Of a stretch of 64,000 nt of DNA, positions 39,001 to 52,053 are shown one piece after another. The translations under genes were made by a program, and so were the position numbers. The notes beneath the pieces were generated by a model that saw nothing but the letters and a program-made list of their open reading frames with translations, had not been told where the DNA came from and did not search any database. Positions within the stretch are counted from its first letter, which is position 1; each line of letters begins with the position of its first letter. Source of the stretch: Squalus acanthias (lineage: Eukaryota); NCBI GenBank assembly GCA_030390025.1, contig CM059438.1, positions 59,212,001 to 59,276,000 of the forward strand. Direction: 5' to 3'.

Positions 39001-42000
39001 AGGCAGAGCACACACACAGAGTGAGGGGCAAAGCACACCACACAGAGTGGAGGGCAGAGCACACACAGAGTGAGGGCAGAGCACACACACAGAGTGAGGG
39101 CAGAAACACACAGAGTGAGGGCAGAGCACACACACAGAGTGAGGGCAGAGCACACACACAGAGTGAGGGCAGAGCAACACACAGAGTGAGGGCAGAGCAC
39201 ACACACAGAGTGAGGGCAGAGCAACACACAGAGTGAGGGCAGAGCACACACACAGAGTGAGGGCAGAGCACACACACAGAGTGAGGGCAGAGCACACACA
39301 CAGAGTGAGGGCAGAGCACACACACAGAGTGAGGGCAGAGCACACACACAGAGTGAGGGCAGAGCACACACACAGAGTGAGGGCAGAGCACACACACAGA
39401 GTGAGGGCAGAGCAAACACACAGAGTGAGGGCAGAGCACACACACAGAGTGAGGGCAGAGCACACACACAGAGTGAGGGCAGAGCACACACACAGAGTGA
39501 GGGCAGAGCAAACACACAGAGTGAGGGCAGAGCACACACACAGAGTGAGGGCAGAGCACACACACAGAGTGAGGGCAGAGGGCAGAGCAACACACAGAGT
39601 GAGGGCAGAGCACACACACAGAGTGAGGGCAGAGCACACACACAGAGTGAGGGCAGAGCACACACACAGAGTGAGGGCAGAGCACACACACAGAGTGAGG
39701 GCAGAGCAAACACACAGAGTGAGGGCAGAGCACACACACAGAGTGAGGGCAGAGCAAACACACAGAGTGAGGGCAGAGCACACACACAGAGTGAGGGCAG
39801 AGCACACCCACACAGAGTGAGGGCAGAGCACACACACAGAGGGAGGGCAAAGCACACACACAGAGTAGAGGGCAAGAGCACACACACAGAGTGAGTGCAG
39901 AGCACACACATACAGGAGTGAGGGCAAGCACTCACACAGAGTGAGGGCAGAGCAAAACACACAGAGTGAGGGCAGAGCACACACACAGAGTGAGGCAGAG
40001 CCACACACACAGAGTGAGGGCAGAGCCACACACACAGAGGAGGGCAGAGCACACACACAGAGTCGAGGGCAGAGCACACACACAGAGTGAGGGCAGAGCA
40101 CACACACAGAGTGAGGGCAAAGACACCACAGAGAGTGAGGGCAGAGCACACACCAAGAGCACACGACGACGAGAGGGCAGAGCACACACCACAGAGTGAG
40201 GCAGAGCACACACACAGAGTGAGGGTCAGAGCACACACACAGAGTGAGTGCAGAGCACACACACAGAGTGGAGTGCAAAAGCAACACACACAGAGTGAGG
40301 GCAGGACAGCACACACAGAGTGAGGGCAGAGCACACACACAGAGTGAGGGCAGAGCACACACACAGAGGAGGCAGAGCACCACACACTGAGTGAGTGCAG
40401 TGCACACACACAGAGTGAGGGCAGAGCAACACACACAGAGTGAGGGCAGAGCACACACACAGAGTGAGGGCAGAGCACACACACAGAGTGAGGGCAGAGC
40501 ACACACACAGAGTGAGGGCAGAGCACACACACAGAGTGAGGGCAGAGCACACACACAGAGTGAGGGCAGAGGATACACACAGAGTGAGGGCAGAGCACAC
40601 ACACAGAGTGAGGGCAGATCACACACACAGAGTGAGGGCAGAGCACACACACAGAGTGAGGGCAGAGCACACACACAGAGTGAGGGCAGAGCACACACAC
40701 AGAGTGAGGGCAGAGCACACACACAGAGTGAGGGCAGAGCACACCACAGAGTGAGGGCAGAGCACACACACAGAGTGAGGGCAGAGGCACACACACAGAG
40801 TGAGGGCAGAGCACAACAAGTGTAAGGGCAGAGCACACACACAGAGTGAGGGCAGAGCACACACACAGAGTGAGGGCAAGAGCACACACAGAGTGAGGGC
40901 AGAGCACACACACAGAGTGAGGGCAGAGCAACACACAGAGTGAGGGCAGAGCACACACACAGAGTGAGGCAGAGCACACACACAGAGTGAGGGCAGAGCA
41001 CACACACAGAGTGAGGGCAAGCACACACACAGAGTGAGGGCAGAGCACACACACAGAGTGAGGGCAGAGCACACACACAGAGTGAGGGCAGAGCACACAC
41101 ACAGAGAGAGGGCAGAGCACACACACAGAGTGAGGGCAGAGCACACACACAGAGTGAGGGCAGAGCACACACACAGAGTGAGGGCAGAGCACACACACAG
41201 AGTGAGGGCAGAGCACACACACAGAGTGAGGGCAGAGCACACACACAGAGGTGAGGGCAGAGGGCAAAGCACACACAACTGAGTGAGGGCAGAGCGACAC
41301 ACACAGAGTGAGGGGCAGAGCACACACACAGAGTGAGGGCAGAGACACACACAGAGTGAGGGGCAGAGCACACACACAGAGTGAGGGCAGAGCACACACA
41401 CAGAGTGAGGGCAGAGCACACACACAGAGTGAGGGGCAGAACACACACAGAGTGAGGGCAGAGCACCCACAGAGTGAGGGCAGAGGCTCACACACAGAGT
41501 GAGGGCCAGAGCACACACACAAGAGTAGGGCAGAGAAAACACACAGCAGAGTGGAGGCAGAGCCCACACACAGAGTGAGGGCAAGCAACACAGCAAGAGT
41601 GAGGGCAGAGCAGCACACAGAGTGAGGCAAGAGCAGAGGAGAGCACACAGAGTGAGGGCAGAGCACACACAAGAGTGAGGCAGAGTAAACACACAGAGTG
41701 AGGGCAGAGCAGCACACAGAGTGAGGGCAGAGCACACACACAGAGTGAGGGCAGGAGCACACACAGAGTGAGGCAGAGCACACACAGAGTGAGGGCAGAG
41801 GCACACACACAGAGTGAGGGGCAGAGCACACACACAGGTGTGGCAGAGCACACTCCACGAGTGAGGGGCAGAGCAAACACAGCAGAGTGAGGGTCAAGCA
41901 CACACACAGAGTGAGGGCAGAGTAAACTCACAGAGTGAGGGCAGAGCACAACACCAGAGTAGGGCAGAGCATACACCGAGTGAGGGCAGAGCACACACAC

Positions 42001-45000
42001 AGGAGTGAGGGCCAGGAGACACACAGAGTGAGGCAGAGCAACACACAGGAGTAAGGGCAGAGCACACACAGAGTGAGGGCAGAGCACACACACAGAGTGA
42101 GGGCAGAGCACACACCAGAGTGAGGGCAAGCACACACACAGAGTGATGGCAGAGCAACACACACAGAGTGAGGGCAGAGCACACACACAGAGTGAGGGCA
42201 GAGCACACACACAGAGTGAGGGCAGAGCAAACACACAGAGTGAGGGCAAAAGCACACACACAGAGTGAGGGCAGAGCACACACACAGAGTGAGGGCAGAG
42301 CACACACACAGAGTAGAGGGCAACACACACACAGAGTGGGGCAGAGCACACACACAGAGTGAGGGCAGAGCACAGCACACAGAGTGAGGCAACACACAAC
42401 ACAGAGTTGAGGGCAGAGCACACACACAGAGTGAGGGCAGAGCACACACACCAGAGTGAGGGCTGAGCACACACACAGAGTGAGGGGCAGAGCACCCACA
42501 CAGAGTGAGGGCAGAGCACACACAACAGAGTGAGGGGGCAAACACACACACGAGGTTTGGTGATGGGGCAGAGCAAACACCAGATGAGGCAGAGCACACA
42601 CACAGAGTGGGGAGGGCAGAGCACTCTCAAGAGTGAGCGCACACACACAGAGTGAGGGCAGAGCACACACACAGAGTGAGGGCAGAGCACACACACAGAG
42701 TGAGGGCAGAGCACACACACAGAGTGAGGGCAAAGCACACACACAGAGTGAGGGCAGAGCACACACACAGAGTGAGGGCAGAGCAACACACAGAGTGAGG
42801 GCAGAGCACACACACAGAGTGAGGGCAGAGCACACACACAGAGTGAGGGCAGAGCACACACACAGAGTGAGGGCAGAGCACACACACAGAGTGAGGGCAG
42901 AGCAAACACACAGAGTGAGGGCAGAGCAAACACACAGAGTGAGGGCAGAGCACACACACAGAGTGAGGGCAGAGCACACACACAGAGTGAGGGCAGAGCA
43001 CACACACAGAGTGAGGGCAGAGCACACACACAGAGTGAGGGCAGAGCACACACACACAGAGTGAGGGCAGAGCACACACACAGAGTGAGGGCAGAGCACA
43101 CACACAGAGTGAGGGCAGAGCACACACACAGAGTGAGGGCAGAGCACACACACAGAGTGAGGGCAGAGCACACACACAGAGTGAGGGCAGAGCACACACA
43201 CAGAGTGAGGGCAGAGCACACACACAGAGTGAGGGCAGACACACACCACAGAGTGAGGGCAGAGCACACACACAGAGTGAGGGCAGAGCAACACACACAG
43301 AGTGAGGGCAGAGCACACACACAGAGGGAGGCAAGCAACACACAGAGTGAGGCAGAGCAAACACACAGAGTGAGGGCAGAGCACACACACAGAGTGAGGG
43401 CAGAGCACCACACACAGAGTGAGGGCAGAGCAACACACAGAGTGAGGGCAGAGCACACACACAGAGTGAGGGCAAGCACACACACAGAGTGAGGGCAGAG
43501 CACACAACACAGAGTGAGGGCAGAACACACACACAGAGTGAGGCAGAGCACACACACAGAGTGAGGGCAGAGCACACACACAGAGTGAGGGCAGAGCAAA
43601 CACACAGAGTGAGGCAACAGCACACACACAGAGTGAGGGCAGAGACACACACAGAGTGAGGGCAGAAGCACACACACCGAGTGAGGAAGCACAACCACAC
43701 AGAGTGAGGGCAGAGCACACACACAGAGTGAGGCAGAGCACACACACAGAGTGAGGGAGAGCAAACACACAGAGTGAGGGAGGCACACACACAGAGTGAG
43801 GGCAGAGCACACCACACAGAGTGAGGGCAGAGCACACACACAGATTGAGGGCAGAGCACACACACAGAGTGAGGCAGAGCACACACACAGAGTGAGGGCA
43901 GAGCACACAACACAGAGTGAGGGCAGAGTGAGGGCAGAGCCACCACCACAGAGTGAGGGCAGAGCACACACACAGAGTGAGGGCAGAGCACACACAGAGT
44001 GAGGGCAGAGCACACACACAGAGTGAGGGCAGAGCACACACAGAGAGACACACAGAGTGAGGGCAGAGCACACACACAGAGTGAGGGCAGAGCACACACA
44101 CAGAGTGAGGGCAGAGCACACACACAGAGTGAGGGCAGAGCACACACACAGAGTGAGGGCAGAGCACACACAGAGTGAGGGCAGAGCCACACACAGAGTG
44201 AGGGCAGAGCACACACACAGAGTGAGGGCAGAGCACACACACAGAGTGAGGGCAGAGCACACACACAGAGTGAGGGCAGAGCACACACACAGAGTGAGGG
44301 CAAGCAAACACACAGAAGTGAGGGCAGAGCACACCCACAGAGTGAGGGCAGAGCACACACACAGAGTGAGGGCACAAGCACAACACAGAGTGAGGGCAGA
44401 GCACACACACAGAGTGAGGGCAGAGCAAACACACAGAGTGAGGGCAGAGCACACACCACAGAGTGAGGGCAGAGCACACACACAGAGTGAGGGCAGAGCA
44501 CACACACAGAGTGAGGGCAGAGCACACACACAGAGTGAGGGCACAGCACACACACAGAGTGAGGGCAGAGCACACACACAGAGTGAGGGCAGAGCACACA
44601 CACAGAGTGAGGGCAGAGCACACACACAGAGTGAGGGGCAGAGCACACACACAGAGTGAGGGCAGAGCACACACACAGAGTGAGGGCAGAGCACACACAC
44701 AGAGTGAGGGCAGAGCACACACACAGAGTGAGCAGAGACCAGAGGAGGGCACACACACAGAGTGAGGGCAGAGCACACACACAGAGTGAGGGCAGAGCAC
44801 ACACAGAGTGAGGGCAGACACACACACAGAGTGAGGGCAGAGCACACACACAGAGTGAGGCAGAGCACACACAAGAGTGAGGGCAGAAGCACACACACAG
44901 AGTGAGGGCAGAGACACACACAGGAGCAGCACAGAGTGAGGGCAGAGCACACACACAGAGTGAGGGCAGAGCACACAGAGTGAGGGCAGAGCACACACAG

Positions 45001-48000
45001 AGTGAGGGCAGAGCACACACACAGAGTGAGGGCAGAGCACACACACAGAGTGAGGGCAGAGCAAACACAGAGTGAGGGCAGAGCACACACACAGAGTGAG
45101 GGCAGAGCAAACACACAGAGTGAGGGCAGAGCACACACACAGAGTGAGGGCAGAGGATACACACAGAGTGAGGGCAGAGCACACACACAGAGTGAGGGCA
45201 GAGCACACACACAGAGTGAGGGCAGAGCACACACACAGAGTGAGGGCAGAGCACACACACAGAGTGAGGGCAGAGTACACACAGAGTAAGGGCAGAGGCT
45301 CACACACAGAGTGAGGGCAGAGCACACACACAGAGTGAGGGGCAGAGCCACACAGAGGAGGGCAGAGCGCACACACAGAGTGAGGGCAGCAGGCACACAC
45401 ACAGAGTGAGGCAAGCAGCACACACAGAGTGAGGGCAGAGCACACACACAGAGTGAGGGCAGAGCACACACACAGAGTGAGGGCAGAGCACACACACAGA
45501 GTGAGGGCAGAGCACACACACAGAGTGAGGGCAGAGCAAACACACAGAGTGAGGGCAGAGCACACACACAGAGTGAGGGCAGAGCACACACACAGAGTGA
45601 GGGCAGAGCACACACACAGAGTGAGGGCAGAGCACACACAGAGTGAGGGCAGAGCACACCAGAGTGGGGGGGGTGGGGAGGAGTGAGGGCAGAGCACACA
45701 CACAGAGTGAGGGCAGAGCACACACACAGAGTGAGGGTCAGAGCAAACACACAGAGTGAGGGCAGAGCACACACACAGAGTGAGGGCAGAGCACACACAC
45801 AGAGTGAGGGCAGAGCACACAGAGTGAGGGCAGAACACACACAGAGTGAGGGCAGAGCACACACAGAGTGAGGGCAGAGCACACACACAGGTGAGGGCAG
45901 AGCACACACACACAGAGTGAGGGCAGAGCACACACACAGAGTGAGGGCAGAGCACACACACAGAGTGAGGGCAGAGCAAACACACAGAGTGAGGCAGAGC
46001 ACACACAGAGTGAGGGCAGAGCACACACACAGAGTGAGGGCAGAGCACACACACAGAGTGAGGGCAGAGCACACACACAGAGTGAGGGCAGAGCAACACA
46101 CACAGAGTGAGGGCAGAGCACACACACAGAGTGAGGGCAGAGCACACACACAGAGTGAGGGCAGAGCACACACACAGAGTGAGGGCAGAGCACACACACA
46201 GAGTGAGGGCAGAAGCACACACACAGAGTGAGGGCAGAGCACACACACAGAGTGAGGGCAGAGCACACACACAGAGTGAGGGCAGAGCACACACACAGAG
46301 TGAGGGCAGAGCACACACACAGAGTGAGGGCAGAGCACACACACAGAGTGAGGGCAGAGCACACACAGAGTGAGGGCAGAGCACACACACAGAGTGAGGG
46401 CAATAGCACACACACAGAGTGAGGGCAGAGCACACACACAGAGTGAGGGCAGAGCACACACACAGAGGAGGGCAGAGCACACACACAGAGGAGGCAGAAC
46501 ACACACACAGAGAGAGGGCAGAGCACACACACAGAGTGAGGGCAGAGCACACACACAGAGTAAGGGCAGAGCAAACACACAGAGTGAGGGCAGAGCACAC
46601 ACACAGAGTGAGGGCAGAGCACACACACAGAGTGAGGCAGAGCACACACACAGAGTGAGGGCAGAGCACACACACAGAGTGAGGGCAGAGCACACACACA
46701 GAGTGAGGGCAGAGCACACACACAGAGTGAGGGCAGAGCACACACACAGAGTGAGGGCAGAGCACACACACAGAGTGAGGGCAGAGCACACACACAGAGT
46801 GAGAGGCAGAGCACACACACAGAGTGAGGGCAGAGCACACACACAGAGTGAGGGCAGAGCAACACACAGAGTGAGGGCAGAAGCACACACACAGAGTGAG
46901 GGCAGAGCACACACACAGAGTGAGGCAGAGCACACACACAGAGTGAGGGCAGAGCACACACACAGAGTGAGGGCAGAGCACACACACAGAGTGAGGGCAG
47001 AGCACACACACAGAGTGAGGGCAGAGCACACACACAGAGTGAGGGCAGAGCACCCAGAGTGAGGGCAGAGCACACACACAGAGTGAGGGCAGAGCAACAC
47101 ACACAGAGTGAGGGCAGAGCACACACACAGAGTGAGGGCAGAGCACACACACAGAGTGAGGGCAGAGCACACACAGAGTGAGGGCAGAGCACACACACAG
47201 AGTGAGGGCAGAGCACACACACAGAGTGAGGGCAGAGCACACACACAGAGTGAGGGCAGAGCACACACACAGAGTGAGGGCAGAGCACACACACAGAGTG
47301 AGGGCAGAGCACACACACAGAGTGAGGGCAGAGCACACACACAGAGTGAGGGCAGAGCACACACACAGAGTGAGGGCAGAGCACACACACAGAGTGAGGG
47401 CAGAATACACACAGAGTGAGGGCAGAGCACACACACAGAGTGAGGGCAGAGCACACACACAGAGTGAGGGCAGAGCACACACACAGAGTGAGGGCAAGAG
47501 CACACACACAGAGTGAGGGCAGAGCAAACACCCAGAGTGAGGGCAGAGCAAACACACTAGGGAGGCAGAGCAAACACACTGAGTGAGGGCAGAGCACACA
47601 CACAGAGTGAGGGCAGAGCACACACACAGAGTGAGGGCAGAGCACACACACAGAGTGAGGGCAGAGCTAACACACAGAGTGAGGGCAGAGCACACACACA
47701 GAGTGAGGGCAGAGCACACACCAGAGTGAGGGGCAGAGCACACACACAGAGTGAGGGCAGAGCACACACCAGAGTGAGGGCAGAGCACACACCCAGAGTG
47801 AGGGCAGAGCACACACACAGAGTGAGGGCAGAGCACACACACAGAGTGAGGGCAGAGCACACACACACAGAGTGAGGGCAGAAGCACACACACAGAGCGT
47901 GAGGGCAGAGCACACACACAGAGTGAGGGCAGAGCACAAACAGAGTGAGGGCAGAGCACACACACAGAGTGAGGGCAGAGCACACACACAGAGGTGAGGG

Positions 48001-49507
48001 CAGAGCAACGACACAGAGTGAGGGCAGAGCACACACACAGAGTGAGGGCAGAGCACACACACAGAGTGAGGGCAGAGCACACACACAGAGTGAGGCAGAG
48101 CACACACACAGAGTGAGGGCAGAGCACAAACAGAGTGAGGGCAGAGCACACACACAGAGTGAGGGCAGAGCACACACACAGAGTGAGGGCAGAGCACACA
48201 CACAGAGTGAGGGCAGAGCAAACACACAGAGTGAGGGCAGAGCACACACACAGAGTGAGGGCAGAGCACACACACAGAGTGAGGGCAGAGCAAACACACA
48301 GAGTGAGGGCAGAGCACACACACAGAGTGAGGGCAGAGCACACACACAGAGTGAGGCACGAGAACACACACACAGAGTGAGGGCAGAGCACACACACAGA
48401 GTGAGGGCAGAGCACACACACAGAGTGAGGGCAGAGCAAACACACAGAGTGAGGGCAGAGGCACACACACAGAGTGAGGGCAGAGCAAACACACAGAGTG
48501 AGGGCAGAGCACACACACAGAGTGAGGGCAGAGCACACACACAGAGTGAGGGCAGAGCACACACACAGAGTGAGGGTAGAGCACACACACAGAGTGAGGG
48601 CAGAGCAAACACACAGAGTGAGGGCAGAGCACACACACAGAGTGAGGGCAGAGCAAACACACAGAGTGAGGGCAGAGCACACACACAGAGTGAGGGCAGA
48701 GCACACACACAGAGTGAAACACACACACAGAGTGAGGGCAGAGCAGAGACACAGAGTGAGGGCAGAGCACACACACAGAGTGAGGGCAGAGCACACACAC
48801 AGAGTGAAACACACACACAGAGTGAGGGCAGAGCAGAGACACAGAGTGAGGGCAGAGCTCACACACAGAGTGAGGGCAGAGCACACACACAGAGTGAGGG
48901 CAGAGCACACACACAGAGTAGGGCAGAGCACACACACAGAGTGAGGGCAGAGCACACACACAGAGTGAGGGCAGAGCAAACACACAGAGTGAGGGCAGAG
49001 CACACACACAGAGTGAGGGCAGAGCAAACACACAGAGTGAGGGCAGAGCACACACACAGAGTGAAACACACACACAGAGTGAGGGCAGAGCAGAGACACA
49101 GAGTGAGGGCAGAGCTCACACACAGAGTGAGGGCAGAGCACACACACAGAGTGAGGGCAAAGCACACACAGAGTGAGGGCAAAACACACAGAGTGAGGGC
49201 AGAGCTCACACACAGAGTGAGGGCAGAGCACACACACAGAGTGAGGGCAGAGCACACACACAGAGTGAGGGCAGAGCACACACACATAATAAGGGCAGAA
49301 CACACACAGAGTGAGGGCAGAACACACAGAGTGAGGGCAGAGCACAGACACAGAGTGAGGGCAGAGCACACACAGAGAGTGAGGGCAGAGCACACACACA
49401 GAGTGAGGGCAGAGCACACACACAGAGTGAGGGCAGAGCACACACACAGAGTGAGGGCAGAGCACACACACAGAGTGAGGGCAGAGCACAGACACAGAGT
49501 GAGGGCA
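9057..49507. repeat. ~40.4-kb tandem array of a 24-bp unit CAGAGTGAGGGCAGAGCACACACA, about 1,700 copies, one orientation throughout
   Basis: Read directly. 20/22/26-bp length variants, substitution variants (GGGTAG, GCAAAC, GGGCAAAA, GGGCACAG) and patches of 1-bp indels. Both boundaries lie inside the window. Confidence 0.99.
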
Positions 49508-50422
49508 TGACACTTCTCTCACCATTTACAGATCAAACTCCATGAGGTACAAGCCCCGAGCGCTTCACGACCATTCGCCTTGAGATGCTGCGCTCTATGT
49601 TGCCGGCTGCCTACAGTGAATCAGCTGGATTTTTGACGTGTTAGAATGCACGCAGTTGGCAGCACTGGGTGCTAATGGGGCAGGGCCTCATTTGTCAATT
49701 GCAGCAACTTCTGGGAAGCAGGGAATGATAACTGACGTCCATTAACCCCTTCAGAACTCCCTGCTGCTGCAGCAAAGTTTAAACTAGTCGTTTGCAATTT
49801 TGATAAAATGACATGATATAAAAGCCCGATTCTGGTGTTGCAGGAATATACATCTGTTACAAACGGCACACTCAGAGTTGGATGGGATTCGAGTTTGAAT
49901 TGGGATCGCTGAGTCCTGAACATTGGAAAGAATCATTCATTCTCAGATGCGCTCTCACTGCTCCTGAGTTGAATGCTGTGGCCCCACAGGTCTGATCGGA
50001 AGCCCAGTTACATGCCCGGCTGGCTGACCCTGGCAGTGTGTGCCAGCTGCACACCCATTGCTCAGCGCCACGCCCCAACACACCCCACACGCCAGTGGCA
50101 CTGCCTACCTGCTAACACGGTAAAACACCCTCACCGTCAGAGGCTGGGATCGCAGCCCTCGCCGAGCACGTTGACGGAAGCTTCGAGAGAAGAAAAAAAA
50201 AGTACTTCCAGCAACACAATGCTGCAGCCAACGCAAACAGAAGTGCCGAGTCACCCAGTTTCTAACCACAAGCTCAGAAATAAAACCACTTCCCCTCCCC
50301 CAAGTCCTCTCCCACACTGCGATGTGAATACTGTACGATACCGAGCATGTTGACTGATCCAATGGAGATAACGGGCAGTGCCCAGCTATTCATTAACTGG
50401 CATTTCACCTCGACACAATCCA

Positions 50423-50625
50423 ATCGATAGAATCCGACAGCACCGAAGGAATCTGGCCCATCGTGCCTGTGCTGGTTCTCTGAAAGAGCTCTCCAATTAG
50501 TCCCACTCCCCTGCTCTGTCCCCATAGCCCTGCCATTTTGTTTTTTTTCAAGTCTGTAACCAACTCCCTTTTTGAACGTTACTATTGAATCTGCTTTCAG
50601 GCAGTGCAGTCCAGATCATCACAAC
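50423..50625 (-). mobile_element. CR1 3' tail fragment, same family as 3995-4430
   Basis: Shared GAAAGAGCTCTCCAATTAGTCCCACTCCCCTGCTCT block. Confidence 0.85.
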
Positions 50626-50631
50626 TCAGCC

Positions 50632-51025
50632 AATTTACATCGAATTTCCAGCACAGAAACAGGCCATTCGGCCCAACTGGTCTATGCTGGTGTTTCTGCT
50701 CCACACCAGCCTCCTCCCAACTTACTTCATCTCACTCTATCAGCATAACTGTCTATTCCGTTCTCCCTCATGTGTTTATCTCGCTTCCCCTTAAATGCAT
50801 CTGTGCTATTCGCCTCAACTCCACCTTGTGGTAGTGAGTTCCACATTCTCACCACTCTCTGGGTAAAGAAGATCCTCCTGAATTCCCTATTGGATTTATT
50901 AGTGACTATCTTATATTTATGGCCCCTAGTTTTGTTCTTCCCTCCAAGTGGAAAGATCCTCTCTACGTCTACCCAATCAAACCCTTTCATAATCTTAAAG
51001 ACCTCTATCAGATCATCTCTCAGCA
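50632..51025 (-). mobile_element. CR1 3' fragment, same family as 4447-4933
   Basis: LRDDLIEVFKIMKGFD...FFTQRVVRMWNSLPQG. Confidence 0.9.
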
Positions 51026-51031
51026 TTATGT

Positions 51032-51985
51032 AAGAACATAAGAACCTAAGGATTAGGAGCAGGAGTAGGCCCTACGGCCCCTCGAGCCTGCTCCACCATT
51101 CAATAAGATCATGGCTGATCTTCGACCTCAACTCCACTTTCTTGCCCGATCTCCATATCCCTCGATTCCCCTAGAGTCCAAAAATCTATCGATCTCAGAC
51201 TTGAATATACTCAACGACTGAGCCTCCGCAGCCCTCTGGGGTAGAGAATTCCAAAGATTCACAACCATCTGAGTTAAGAAATTTCTCCTCATCTCAGTCC
51301 TAAATGGCCGACCCCTTACCCTGAGACTATGACCCCTGGTTCTGGACTCTCCAGCCAGGGGAAACAGCCTCTCAGCATCTACCCTGTCAAGCCCTCTATG
51401 AATTTATATGTTTCAATGAGATCACCTCTCATTGTATCATCAGCAAACTTGGATACATTGCACTCGGTCCCCTCGTCCAAATCATTGATGTAGATTGTAA
51501 ATAGCTGAGGCCCAAGCACTGATCCTTGCGGTACCCCACTAGTTACACCCTGCCATCCCGAAAATGACCCTTTTATTCCTACCCTCTGTTTTCTGCCCGT
51601 TAACCAATCCTCAATCCATGCTGATATATTGCCCCCGATCCCACAAGCCCAAATCTTGTATAACAACTTCTTGTGTGGCACCTTCTCAAATGCCTTCTGA
51701 AAATCCAGATATATTACAACCACTGGTTCCCTCTTATCTATGCGACTAGTTACATCCTCAAAAAACTCTAATAAATTTGTCAAACACGATTTCCTTTTCA
51801 TAAAACCATGCTGACTCTGCCTAATCGTGTTGTGATTTTCCAAGTGCCCTGTTACCATGCCCTTAAGAATAGATTCCAGCATTTTCCCTACGACTGATGT
51901 CAGGCTAACTGGCCTGTAGCCCTGTTTACTCTCTCCCTCCTTTCTTGAACAGTGGGGTTACATTTGCTACCTTCCAATCCACAGG
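51032..51985 (-). mobile_element. CR1 ORF2 reverse-transcriptase fragment plus 3' end, internally deleted
   Basis: QHGF..SCLTNL..YLDFQKAF..SGVPQGSVLGP..KFADDT fused directly to MRGDLIETYK; (TTCTTATG) tail. Confidence 0.93.
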
Positions 51986-52028
51986 GACCAGGACACCGGG
52001 GAGAACTCTTCTACTCTTCTTCGAAATT
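51986..52028 (-). mobile_element. Small DeuSINE central-domain fragment
   Basis: Reverse complement TTTCGAAGAAGAGTAGAAGAGTTCTCCCCGGTGTCCTGG resembles 6012-6040. Confidence 0.6.
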
Positions 52029-52053
52029 GAGAGTGCGAGGAAGAAAAAAACCA

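Noticed and set aside
9057..49507. CRISPR-like array or telomere
   Set aside because: No unique spacers, no cas genes and eukaryotic context; no TTAGGG tract.
8936..49525. Giant ORFs of up to 6053 aa (CVCSALTL, ALPSLCVC, LCPHSVCV) and plus-strand RAEHTHRV / SEGRAHTQ ORFs
   Set aside because: Translations of a 24-bp repeat that lacks stop codons. All three minus frames are open, frames switch at indels, and there is no domain structure.
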